Source of the DNA: Draconibacterium orientale
Lineage (GTDB): Bacteria; Bacteroidota; Bacteroidia; Bacteroidales; JAADGE01
Direction: 5' to 3'
Length of the DNA: 62,039 nt
Assembly: GCA_022729995.1 (NCBI GenBank)
Contig: DZBS01000003.1
Span: 1-62,039 of the forward strand
Part shown: positions 39,459 to 48,841 of the stretch, one piece after another
Layout of the letters: each line of letters begins with the position of its first letter
Position numbering within the stretch: position 1 is the first letter of the stretch
Made by a program: the position numbers and the translations under genes
The notes under the pieces: generated by a model
What the model was told of the DNA's origin: nothing
What the model saw: only the letters and a program-made list of their open reading frames with translations
Databases searched by the model: none

Positions 39459-41720
39459 ATGGAAACAATTTTTATCATAATGGTTGGCATTTTGATTTTG
39501 CTTGCCGTCTCCGATTTAGTTGTCGGTGTAGCAAATGATGCCGTAAACTTTTTGAATTCGGCAATCGGGTCAAATGCTGCACCGTTAAGAATTATAATGA
39601 TAATTGCAAGTTTGGGCATTTTTATCGGAGCAACATTTTCAAACGGAATGATGGAAGTTGCCAGAAAAGGAATTTTCGTGCCGGAGCTTTTTTCCTTTAA
39701 CGAAGTAATGATAATTTTTCTTGCAGTAATGCTCACAGATATTATTCTTTTAGATGTTTTTAATTCATTAGGAATGCCAACATCAACAACTGTTTCGTTG
39801 ATATTTGAACTTTTAGGAGCCGGAGTTTCAATGGCAGTAGTTTTGGTTTTGAAAAATGATGAATCGGCAAGTGAGATTACAAAATATATAAATACCGGAA
39901 GAGCACTTTTGATAATTGCCGGAATACTATTTTCGGTTATTGTAGCCTTTTCATTGGGAACAATTGTTCAATTTTTTACAAGATTAATTTTTACTTTTAA
40001 ACAAACAAAAGGTTCTCAAATAATAGGATTAATTTGGGGCGGAATTGCAATAACAGCAATTGTTTATTTTATATTGATAAAAGGATTACAAAGCTCGAGC
40101 TTTGCAGGAAAAGGAACACCAACACACGATTATATTTCAAAATTTCAAACTCAAATATTATTTATAAGTTTTGTGGTTTGGACATTAATTTTTGCTGTTA
40201 TACAATTATTCGCAAAATTTAATTATTTAAAAATAATTGTTTTAGCAGGAACTTTCTCTCTTGCAATGTCTTTTGCCGGAAACGATTTAGTGAATTTCAT
40301 TGGTGTTCCGTTAGCAGGTATTGCTTCGTATCAAGATTGGATTGCTTCCGGAGCACAAAGCCCCGACACGTTTTTGATGGGAAGTTTGTCGGCTCCGGTT
40401 TCAACGCCGATTTTATATTTGCTTTTAGCCGGCGTGATAATGACTTTAACACTTTGGTTTTCTAAAAAGGCAAAATCCGTAACAGAAACCGAGCTTTCAT
40501 TAAGCCGACAAGAAGAAGGATTTGAAAGATTTGAATCGTCGGCAATTTCAAGATCAATTGTTAGGGCAACAATAAAAGCTACCGATAATTTGGCAAAAAT
40601 ATTTCCGAAAAGATTTACAAATTGGATAAATATCCGATTAGAAAAAGAAGAAATTTCAACAAAAGAAAAAAAAGAAAATGTATTTGATTTAACACGAGCA
40701 TCGGTAAATTTAATGGTTTCGGCAATTCTTATTGCAATTGGTACTTCATATAAACTTCCGCTTTCAACAACTTATGTAACATTTATGGTTGCAATGGGTT
40801 CGTCTTTGTCCGACGGAGCTTGGGGAAGAGAAAGTGCAGTTTACAGAGTTTCGGGAGTTTTAACAGTTATTTCGGGTTGGTTTATTACTGCACTTGTAGC
40901 GTTTACCGTTTCATTTATATTTGCATTAATTATTAATTGGGGCGGAATATTTGCTGTAGGAATAATTTTAGCAATAGGAGTTTTTTCGGCTCTAAAATCG
41001 AAAAAATTTCACAAAAAAAGAGTAGCGGAAAATATTGAAAGAACCAAAATAAACGAAATTGTTACAAGCGAAGAAAATATTTTTGAAAGATGTTCAATTA
41101 ACGTAATAAGTATTTTAAAATCGGTTAACGAAATTTATGCTCACACAATTGAAGCTTTAGGTAAACAAGACAGAAAGAAATTAAAAAAGCTTCTGAAAAA
41201 GAATCAAGATGTGAACAAAAAATCAAAAATGCTGAAAGATAATATCTACCAAACAGTAAATAAACTAATGGAAGATTCAATAGAATCGGCACCATATTAT
41301 GTTCAAGTTATTGATTATTTGAGAGAAATGACTCATGCTTTGGAATTTATTGTTTTGCCGTCATTCACGCATGTCGAAAATAATCATAAACCATTGTTGG
41401 ATAAGCAAATTATCGTTCTTACTTTGATTTCGGAAACAATTGATGTAATGGAAAAAATTATTATTGAAACCATTGAAAAAGAAGATTTTGAAAACAAAGA
41501 AGAAAATATCAGAAATTTACAAATTGATTTACTCGGATATATAAATGAAGCAAGAAAAGTTCATTTAAAAAGAATAAAGAATAATGAAGTAAGCACTAAA
41601 AACAGCATGCTTTATTTAAATTTACTTTCGGAAACAAAAAATATTGCATTATATATGATTAATGCTTATAAATCTCACAGAGATTTTGTAAAAGATTATA
41701 ACATGTCATTGAAACAATAA
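39459..41720 (+). CDS. Inorganic phosphate transporter (PiT family) with PhoU-like helical C-terminus
   Basis: GVANDAVNF, GMPTSTT, AGNDLVNF, LPLSTTY repeats; divergent from the phoR/phoB-like pair. Confidence 0.9.
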   Translation: METIFIIMVGILILLAVSDLVVGVANDAVNFLNSAIGSNAAPLRIIMIIASLGIFIGATFSNGMMEVARKGIFVPELFSFNEVMIIFLAVMLTDIILLDVFNSLGMPTSTTVSLIFELLGAGVSMAVVLVLKNDESASEITKYINTGRALLIIAGILFSVIVAFSLGTIVQFFTRLIFTFKQTKGSQIIGLIWGGIAITAIVYFILIKGLQSSSFAGKGTPTHDYISKFQTQILFISFVVWTLIFAVIQLFAKFNYLKIIVLAGTFSLAMSFAGNDLVNFIGVPLAGIASYQDWIASGAQSPDTFLMGSLSAPVSTPILYLLLAGVIMTLTLWFSKKAKSVTETELSLSRQEEGFERFESSAISRSIVRATIKATDNLAKIFPKRFTNWINIRLEKEEISTKEKKENVFDLTRASVNLMVSAILIAIGTSYKLPLSTTYVTFMVAMGSSLSDGAWGRESAVYRVSGVLTVISGWFITALVAFTVSFIFALIINWGGIFAVGIILAIGVFSALKSKKFHKKRVAENIERTKINEIVTSEENIFERCSINVISILKSVNEIYAHTIEALGKQDRKKLKKLLKKNQDVNKKSKMLKDNIYQTVNKLMEDSIESAPYYVQVIDYLREMTHALEFIVLPSFTHVENNHKPLLDKQIIVLTLISETIDVMEKIIIETIEKEDFENKEENIRNLQIDLLGYINEARKVHLKRIKNNEVSTKNSMLYLNLLSETKNIALYMINAYKSHRDFVKDYNMSLKQ

Positions 41721-41747
41721 AAACAAAAATTATTTCGGAGGAAAATT

Positions 41748-42449
41748 TTACTTGAAAAAGAAGATTTTTCCTCCGTCATACAAATTTCCGTCGTATAAAC
41801 TTACAATTTCTAATTCGGATTTTTCGGTTAAATCCGTAATAATATTATAGTCGGAATGCTTTTTTATATTTCCTATAAAATATATTTTATTCTGAAAAAT
41901 CCCGGAAGTTCCGCCAATAAAACCGTGATTGTGAATTGGAATCAATATTTTTTCGGGTGAAAAATATTCACAATTCAAACCGGCAGATTTTATTGTCTTC
42001 AAAATTCCTTTATCGGAAGTTAAAAAATAATTCTCATTAAGTGCTATTAAACTGCAAGCAGAATACGCTTGCGGAAGATTTATAAATTCTTTTTTGGAAT
42101 TTATCTCTAAAACTTTAGAATCGGTAAATCCTTTTTTGTGAAAAAAATATTTTTTAATGGAAATACAATTATATAAAGCTGAATCGTTAAGCTTATCTCC
42201 TATTTTACTGTTTCCCGTTGAAAAACTTATTTCATTTTTATAAAGAAAATCTGTCAATATTTTAGGAGAATTTGGTGCAAGAATCACATTTTCGGAATCT
42301 TGATAAATAAAAATATCGGGATGTCCCGAAATACTTTCATAAGTGATGTTTTCAGAAGAAAAAGTCAAAACTTTGTCGGCAATTAATTTTAACTCTTCAA
42401 TTGCTTCTTTTGGAGCACGGCTGTCAATTATTGCAATCATGGATTTCAA
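41748..42449 (-). CDS. DUF6873-like hypothetical protein
   Basis: ISGHPDIF, LTSDKGI, GFIGGTSG, LYDGG motifs. Confidence 0.6.
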   Translation of the reverse strand: MKSMIAIIDSRAPKEAIEELKLIADKVLTFSSENITYESISGHPDIFIYQDSENVILAPNSPKILTDFLYKNEISFSTGNSKIGDKLNDSALYNCISIKKYFFHKKGFTDSKVLEINSKKEFINLPQAYSACSLIALNENYFLTSDKGILKTIKSAGLNCEYFSPEKILIPIHNHGFIGGTSGIFQNKIYFIGNIKKHSDYNIITDLTEKSELEIVSLYDGNLYDGGKIFFFK

Positions 42450-43437
42450 ATAAAGGAATTTCCAATTTTCCGAAGAATTTTAATTTAAAACCTTTTGAAT
42501 AAAAATATTTGATATTACTTTTTTTATAACCCACAGCGTAGTTTATTTGGTTTGAATTTACAACAAATTTATATTCCGAAGGCATAAAATTATTAAGCTT
42601 TTCGGTTAAAATATCTTTCCAAATATCTGTTAAAACAAGTTCTTTAAACGAGTTATGAATTGGTCCGGCAATAAATGAATTTTCGGGTGTAAGCTCTTCG
42701 GAAGGATGAAGCCCTACTCTTAAAACTTTAATATTATTTTTGTGAAAAATATTGATAAGTTCTTTTGTAATACTCACGGCTTCATTAATTTGCAACGGAA
42801 CATATTTTCCTGTAATATATAACTTTTCAAGTTCTGTATCTTTAACAACAAGTGTGGGATAAATTCTTGTGTTATCGGCACCAAGAGCTACAATATCGAG
42901 AGCAGTTTGAATACTTTTTTCGCGAGTATCGCCGGGCAAACCAATCATCATTTGCAATCCTAATTCAAATCCGAAACTTTTTATTAGAATTGCCGAATTT
43001 TTTATTGCTTCAAAATTGTGTCCTCTTCCCGATTTATTAAGAACGTAATTATCTGTAGATTGCGCCCCAAGTTCAATTGTTTTAACTCCGTATTTTTTAA
43101 GAATTTGAAGAATATTTTCATCAATATAATCCGGACGGGTTGAAACACGAATAGAATTTACTTTTCCGGATTTTATAAATTTATGAGCTTCAATTAAATA
43201 TTCTTCTTGTAATTTTATTGGAATTCCGGTGAAACTTCCGCCAAAAAAAGCAATTTCGGTTTCAATATTTTTGTTAAGGGTTGATAAATATTTATTTATA
43301 ATTTCTTTTATTTCCGCAGGTTTTGGAGCATTTATTGTTCCGCTGATTTTTTGTTGATTACAAAATACACATTGATGCGGACAAGCCATTTCCGGAATAA
43401 AAATTGGAATATTTACATGATTCTTGTTTGCTTTCAC
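42424..43437 (-). CDS. Radical SAM protein, Elp3/YhcC-like
   Basis: CPHQCVFC, AFFGGSFT, STRPD, IELGAQS, RIYPT; GTG start. Confidence 0.88.
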   Translation of the reverse strand: MKANKNHVNIPIFIPEMACPHQCVFCNQQKISGTINAPKPAEIKEIINKYLSTLNKNIETEIAFFGGSFTGIPIKLQEEYLIEAHKFIKSGKVNSIRVSTRPDYIDENILQILKKYGVKTIELGAQSTDNYVLNKSGRGHNFEAIKNSAILIKSFGFELGLQMMIGLPGDTREKSIQTALDIVALGADNTRIYPTLVVKDTELEKLYITGKYVPLQINEAVSITKELINIFHKNNIKVLRVGLHPSEELTPENSFIAGPIHNSFKELVLTDIWKDILTEKLNNFMPSEYKFVVNSNQINYAVGYKKSNIKYFYSKGFKLKFFGKLEIPLFEIHDCNN

Positions 43438-43485
43438 CTTGTAAAGATTGAATCAATTAAAATAATTAAAATCGGAAATATTAAA

Positions 43486-44433
43486 TTATTTATTTGGAAA
43501 TGACACTTTATTTAAAACATTCAATACCAATTTTTTATCTTTAGTTAATTGGATTTTAAGTTCATCTAAATTTTCAAATTTAATTTCTTCTCGCACAAAT
43601 TCTTTAAAAAATATTGTTATTTGCGAATCGTAAATTGTTTTTTCAAAATCAAAAATATGCACTTCAACAGTTGAATAAATTGTTCTTTTAACTGTTGGTT
43701 TTTTGCCAATATTCAACATTCCTTGATGCTTTTCGTTTCCTACAAGAACTTCCACAGCATAAACACCGTCTTTTGGAATAATTTTATTTACATCAATAAT
43801 ATAAAGATTTGCGGTTGGAAAATTAATTTGTCTTCCAATTTTATTACCGTGAACTACCTTTCCGTGAAGCGAAAAATTGTATCCGAGAAATGCATTTGCT
43901 TTTTGAATTTTACCGTCAATCAAAGCATTTCTTATTTTTGTTGAGCTCACATTTACATTATTTACTTTAAAAGCTCCAACTTTTTCTAATTCAATTCCTA
44001 AAGGTTTGGCACATTGTTTTAGTTTATCAAAATCTCCTTGCCTGTCTCTGCCGAAATGATGGTCGTGCCCCACAACCAAAACGTTAACATCTAATTGTTT
44101 ATGTAAAATATTATTGATGAAATAACAAGAATCAAATTCGGCAAATTCTTTGGTGAAAGGATATATTATTAAATTATCGACACCAATATCTTCCAATAAT
44201 TTAATTTTTTCTTTTTGAGTATTTAAATGTTTAAGCTCAACAGAATCGGGAAAAATTACTTGACGCGGATGAGGGAAAAACGAGAAAACAACGGATTCGC
44301 CTCCTATTTCTTTGGCTTTTTTCACAAGATGCAAAAGCAAATCTTTGTGCCCCAAGTGAACTCCGTCAAATGTACCGACTGTTAAAACCGGTTTATTAAT
44401 TTTAATGTTTTCTATGGAATAAAATATTTTCAA
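43486..44433 (-). CDS. ribF: Bifunctional riboflavin kinase / FAD synthetase
   Basis: GTFDGVHLGH, SSTKIR, FPTAN, EVHIFDF. Confidence 0.96.
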   Translation of the reverse strand: MKIFYSIENIKINKPVLTVGTFDGVHLGHKDLLLHLVKKAKEIGGESVVFSFFPHPRQVIFPDSVELKHLNTQKEKIKLLEDIGVDNLIIYPFTKEFAEFDSCYFINNILHKQLDVNVLVVGHDHHFGRDRQGDFDKLKQCAKPLGIELEKVGAFKVNNVNVSSTKIRNALIDGKIQKANAFLGYNFSLHGKVVHGNKIGRQINFPTANLYIIDVNKIIPKDGVYAVEVLVGNEKHQGMLNIGKKPTVKRTIYSTVEVHIFDFEKTIYDSQITIFFKEFVREEIKFENLDELKIQLTKDKKLVLNVLNKVSFPNK

Positions 44434-44504
44434 TTTCCTGTCAAATTAGGACGCAAAATTAGAAAATATATAAGAAGTTAAAAATATATATTTCAAAATA
44501 ACTA

Positions 44505-45287
44505 TTATTTTTTGAAATTAGAAATGTATTTTGAAAGTTCTTCAATTGTATATGCGTGCTCAAATACGTCATTTACAACCGAATAATTATCTTTGTCGAT
44601 TGTATTTTGATATGCAAATTTTGCAAATTCCAGTTTACTGTTTTCAAAATCAAGAGTTCCGGCAATATCTCTAACTTGCGATGACAACAAACAGTTATTT
44701 AAAATTACTTGTTTTGCCGATTGTAGTTTGTCGCTTTCAAGGTCAATCATTTTAAGATTTAAAATTATTTCCGAAAACTCATTTGGCAACATTTCCGTGC
44801 TGCAAGGTTTATAATTGTTGTTATTTAAATTGATATTAATACTGTCATTATTGTTGGTTAAATTATTATTTTTTATTTGAGGTTTGTGAATATAAACAAC
44901 TAATTGATTATCTGCTTCATAAATGTGAGCATTTAATTGATATCCGGTTTCATCAAACATCAATTTTTGTTTGTCAACCATTTTAAGATACATTTTGTTA
45001 TTAGTTTTTGATTTTATAACATACACAATTTCAGTATCTTGCCTTGCATAAATATCTTTTTGTATTTCTTTAAATTCTGTATTTTCAAATTTAATTTTAA
45101 TATTTTGCACACCGGCTTCTGTATTAAATAATTTTATATTTTTAGTCGGCAAATTATTTATTACGCTATCATTCAAACTCAAAATAAAAGGTGCATTTTC
45201 CGTTGTGTACACAACAATACAAGCAGTTTGCGAAAAAGTATTTTTAGAAATTAATAAAATTGATAAAAAAATAAAAATTTTATACAT
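44505..45287 (-). CDS. Secreted DUF4476-like protein
   Basis: Signal peptide; C-terminal ESDKL..AKQ...CL.S.QV...FE..KLEFAKFAY..T.D..NY. Confidence 0.72.
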   Translation of the reverse strand: MYKIFIFLSILLISKNTFSQTACIVVYTTENAPFILSLNDSVINNLPTKNIKLFNTEAGVQNIKIKFENTEFKEIQKDIYARQDTEIVYVIKSKTNNKMYLKMVDKQKLMFDETGYQLNAHIYEADNQLVVYIHKPQIKNNNLTNNNDSININLNNNNYKPCSTEMLPNEFSEIILNLKMIDLESDKLQSAKQVILNNCLLSSQVRDIAGTLDFENSKLEFAKFAYQNTIDKDNYSVVNDVFEHAYTIEELSKYISNFKK

Positions 45288-45370
45288 GAAATTTAATACC
45301 TGAAATTTTATACATATTATTAGGAATTAACTCCAAAAACAAAGCCAATATTATTTTTGATATTCAATTT

Positions 45371-46603
45371 CTATAAAAAATCAATTCCAAGAATAGTAAT
45401 ATCATCAAAAAGGAAAGAATTTGATTTGTCGAGATTAAGAGTTTCTTTTAATGAATTTATTGTGTTTTCTATATTTCCGCCAAGTTTAACGGCTTTTTCA
45501 ATTTCCAAGAGACCAATTTCAATATGTTCTTCATTTTCAAGTTCTGTTAATCCGTCGGTAAAAGAAATGAGTTTTGAAGGGTTTTCAATAATTATTTCGC
45601 CTTGATTTATAAAAGGAATTTCGTCGAGCATTCCAACTCCCGGACAACCGTTTGTGAGAGATTTTAATTCACGCGTTATATTATCAATTATAAACGGCGG
45701 ATTGTGCCCTGCATTAACAAATTTAAGAACTCTGGATTGATAGTTATATTTTCCTACAAAAAAAGTAATAAACTTTTCGCCTCTTGCATTTGAAATTACA
45801 ATTTTATTTAGTTTTAAAATCAAATCGGGCAAACTTATTCCTGCGTGTAAATATCCTTTTATGCTTGCTTGGAAATTTGCCATTAAAAGTGCAGCCGACA
45901 TTCCTTTTCCGGAAACATCGGCAATACAAAAGAAAAATTCGTTTTCGGAAAGCTGTTCAAAATCATAATAATCTCCTCCTACTTCAAAATGAGGTAAATA
46001 AAAAGATTCTACGTGCAAAAAATCGTTTTTCGGAAAATCTTCTGCATCGGGCACCAACATACTCTGCATTTTTGAAGCAAGTTCCATTTCTTTTTTTATT
46101 CTTTCTTGTAGCAAACTTTCTTGGTAAAGTCTTTTATTTTCAACAGCAACAAAAATTACATTTGTGAGAGTTTGAATAAAATGCAAATGTTTAATTGTGG
46201 GGCTAACTCCTTGGCGTTCTTCTTCCACATCGCCTATTAACACATAAGCAATTGCTTTATTATTGTGAAAAACGGGAATAATAAAGTCGAAATAAGCCAA
46301 TTCAATATTTTCGGAAGCTGCTGTTGTGAGAGTAATTTCATCGAATTTTAAAAAATCGTCGGGAATTTTTATTTTCTCAATTTCGCAAGGGTCAATTCCG
46401 TATTCCAAAACAATTTCCCAATCTTGCATAAAAGCGAAAACCAGAATTTTTCCAAGCTTTAACTCGTTAATTAATAAATCGCTGTATTTCTGAAGAAGTT
46501 CCGGAACTGTTAGATTTTGGTTAATAGCATTGGTAATTTCAAGCAAAGCATTTAGCTTAAAATTGCAAAATTTTAATCTGTCGACAGAAGATTTGGAGGC
46601 CAT
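45371..46603 (-). CDS. PP2C/SpoIIE-family (RsbU-like) phosphatase with GAF-like N-terminus
   Basis: VGGDYYD, IADVSGKG, NAGHNPP, FTDGL, DDITIL. Confidence 0.92.
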   Translation of the reverse strand: MASKSSVDRLKFCNFKLNALLEITNAINQNLTVPELLQKYSDLLINELKLGKILVFAFMQDWEIVLEYGIDPCEIEKIKIPDDFLKFDEITLTTAASENIELAYFDFIIPVFHNNKAIAYVLIGDVEEERQGVSPTIKHLHFIQTLTNVIFVAVENKRLYQESLLQERIKKEMELASKMQSMLVPDAEDFPKNDFLHVESFYLPHFEVGGDYYDFEQLSENEFFFCIADVSGKGMSAALLMANFQASIKGYLHAGISLPDLILKLNKIVISNARGEKFITFFVGKYNYQSRVLKFVNAGHNPPFIIDNITRELKSLTNGCPGVGMLDEIPFINQGEIIIENPSKLISFTDGLTELENEEHIEIGLLEIEKAVKLGGNIENTINSLKETLNLDKSNSFLFDDITILGIDFL

Positions 46604-46644
46604 TAAATTTTAAATTTATAAAAAAAGATTTATTATTAAATACA

Positions 46645-46680
46645 AAAATTTATCCAAAAATAAATTTCGGATAAATTTTT
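46645..46680 (-). terminator. Possible terminator after efp
   Basis: AAAAATTTATCC...GGATAAATTTTT inverted repeat. Confidence 0.5.
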
Positions 46681-46703
46681 GGATAAAAAATAATTTTTAT
46701 AAA

Positions 46704-47270
46704 TTATTTTACTCTTTCGTTGTATGCTCTGTCTCTGGTATCGACTTTAATTTTGTCGCCAATATTAACAAATAACGGAACTTTAATTTCGGCACCTGTT
46801 TCAAGTTTTGCAGGTTTGAGTACGTTTGAAGATGCAGTGTCGCCTTTTAAGCCGGGTTCGGTATATTCAACAACTAATTCTACAAATGCGGGCAAATCGC
46901 AGGATAGTGCGGTATTTGTATCTGCATGAAAAACGATTTCAACATTTTGTCCGTCTTTCATTAAATCGTTGTTAAAAACCATTTGCGGATTTAGTATAAC
47001 TTGCTCAAAAGTTTCGTTGTGCATGAATGTATATCCCATTTCGTCTTTATACAAAAATTGATAAGGATGTCTCTCTATTCTTGCTTCAACAACTTTTTCT
47101 CCTGCCGTGAATGTATTTTCTTTTGTTCTTCCGGATTTTAAGCTTAAAAGTTTTGTTCTGACAAAAGCAGCTCCTCTACCCTTTTTGGAGTGTTGGAAAG
47201 AGATAATTGTGTATAATTCTCCTTCAAATTCTATAGTTAATCCGTTTCTAAAATCGCCTGTTGTAATCAT
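46704..47270 (-). CDS. efp: Translation elongation factor P (Arg32 type)
   Basis: AFVRTK, YTEPGLKGDT, KPAKLETG, VPLFV..GD.IKVDTR. Confidence 0.97.
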   Translation of the reverse strand: MITTGDFRNGLTIEFEGELYTIISFQHSKKGRGAAFVRTKLLSLKSGRTKENTFTAGEKVVEARIERHPYQFLYKDEMGYTFMHNETFEQVILNPQMVFNNDLMKDGQNVEIVFHADTNTALSCDLPAFVELVVEYTEPGLKGDTASSNVLKPAKLETGAEIKVPLFVNIGDKIKVDTRDRAYNERVK

Positions 47271-47345
47271 TATTATATATTTTATTTTTGCCTGCGAAGA
47301 TAATAAATTTTCCGAAAAAAATCATTTCAATTAATAATGTTATAA

Positions 47346-48596
47346 CTATATATCTTTCCTTAATCTAAAAGAAGTTTTGTATTCTACACCGCCTCTCAAA
47401 AACACAATTGAAATTTTCTTTCCTTGCCTTAATCTCATAAATGAATTAATTTCAATTACGGAATAATTAAATGTGCTTTCACCGTTAATTTTTATAATAT
47501 TATCGCCGAATCTTAATCCGGCCAAATCTGCGGGTGAATTTTTTAAAATATATGAAACTCTATAAATTGGAAATGTTCCGAAAATAGATTGAACCTCCAT
47601 TCCGCCCATATTAAAATTGAATTCATCTTTAAAATTTTTATTTTTGGTGAGTGTAATTTTTTTGTTTGGGTAATCGAATATTATATCAAACCTTCGTAAC
47701 ATTTCGGCACCAATACTTCCGTTTCTTCCGATAATATCGAGTTCAAAAGAATTTAATATTGAAGTTGAATCGGGAAATGAAGTAGAAACATTACAAAGTG
47801 AATGTTTGCCGATATTTACTTGTTTTGTTCTTGCCTGAAATCCAAAAATTTTTCCGCTCAAACCTTTTCCCAAAAATGTATATCTTTTGTTTTGAGGAAT
47901 AATTATTTCATCATTTGTTTCTTCAAAAAGCCAAAGTGCATCGCCGGAGCCTGTATCGATTAACAGTTTAACTTTTAACAAACTGTCTTTTTCATTCTTA
48001 ATATTCAAATTAATATAAGGTTTTGATTTAGATATTTCTAAATCCATTTCCTGCGAATTTCTATTTTTGCGAGGATATTTGAATTTTTGCGGGTCGAAAA
48101 AAGTTAAAGTATTATTTGAATAATTAATTTTAACAATAAAGTTTTCAAAAATATCAGCACCTATTAAACCGTGTATATTCATTCCTAATTCTCCGGAAAG
48201 ATTAAATTTATCATCGGTTATTATGTAAAAATTATAATTATTGCATACAATTCCGTTCATTCTTATTTTATTACCGTAAGACAAAAACACATCTAAATTT
48301 CCTTCAATACCCAATCCTTTTATTGTGTATTTTTGTGCAAGTTTCAACATCGACGAATCTTTTTTTGGCAAATTTGTAATTAGCGAAGTTTTTAATCCTG
48401 TATCTAAAATAAAATTCAAAGTATCGGATTGGTTAATAATAACCGGAATAATTATAAGATTATTTACCAATTTGAAATTGAAAGTAGATTTTGATTTTTT
48501 TTCATTTTCAAATTTTAAAATATTAGCTTGTGCATTTGTAATAAAAGGAGATATTATTATCGAAATTAATAGTAATATATTATAAATCGTTTTCAT
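47346..48596 (-). CDS. Secreted aspartyl protease with PDZ domain
   Basis: Signal peptide; two DTG motifs (FILDTG, LLIDTG); C-terminal SPADLAGL..GD.I..ING. Confidence 0.88.
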   Translation of the reverse strand: MKTIYNILLLISIIISPFITNAQANILKFENEKKSKSTFNFKLVNNLIIIPVIINQSDTLNFILDTGLKTSLITNLPKKDSSMLKLAQKYTIKGLGIEGNLDVFLSYGNKIRMNGIVCNNYNFYIITDDKFNLSGELGMNIHGLIGADIFENFIVKINYSNNTLTFFDPQKFKYPRKNRNSQEMDLEISKSKPYINLNIKNEKDSLLKVKLLIDTGSGDALWLFEETNDEIIIPQNKRYTFLGKGLSGKIFGFQARTKQVNIGKHSLCNVSTSFPDSTSILNSFELDIIGRNGSIGAEMLRRFDIIFDYPNKKITLTKNKNFKDEFNFNMGGMEVQSIFGTFPIYRVSYILKNSPADLAGLRFGDNIIKINGESTFNYSVIEINSFMRLRQGKKISIVFLRGGVEYKTSFRLRKDI

Positions 48597-48711
48597 GTGT
48601 TTATTTTTAAAATGTTTTTAAAAGTCGGAACTTATTCCGATTTTTTTTCGTGATAGAAACATCATAAATAACAATTTTCTATAATGTTTTAAATAATTAA
48701 GAATATTTCAT
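48597..48711 (-). repeat. Hairpin element, diverged copy 8 with internal insertion
   Basis: Minus strand: ATGAAATATT...GATGTTTCTATC, insert with TCGGAA-TAAG-TTCCGA, then CTTTTAAAAACATTTTAAAAATAAACAC-ATGAAA. Confidence 0.68.
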
Positions 48712-48841
48712 TCTAAATTGCTGTTTATTTTTTAAAGATAAAACAAAAAAAACTAAGTAGAAATTACCTTTGGTATAAATTAATTGTTATTTATAATAAA
48801 TAATTCTACTTTCATATTTTAATTAGAAAAAAATCAAAATT

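Noticed and set aside
39320-39736. 138-aa antisense ORF and the other short overlapping ORFs in the track (e.g. 57540-58004, 45784-46167, 27743-28111)
   Set aside because: Shadow frames of well-supported genes, with no recognisable motifs
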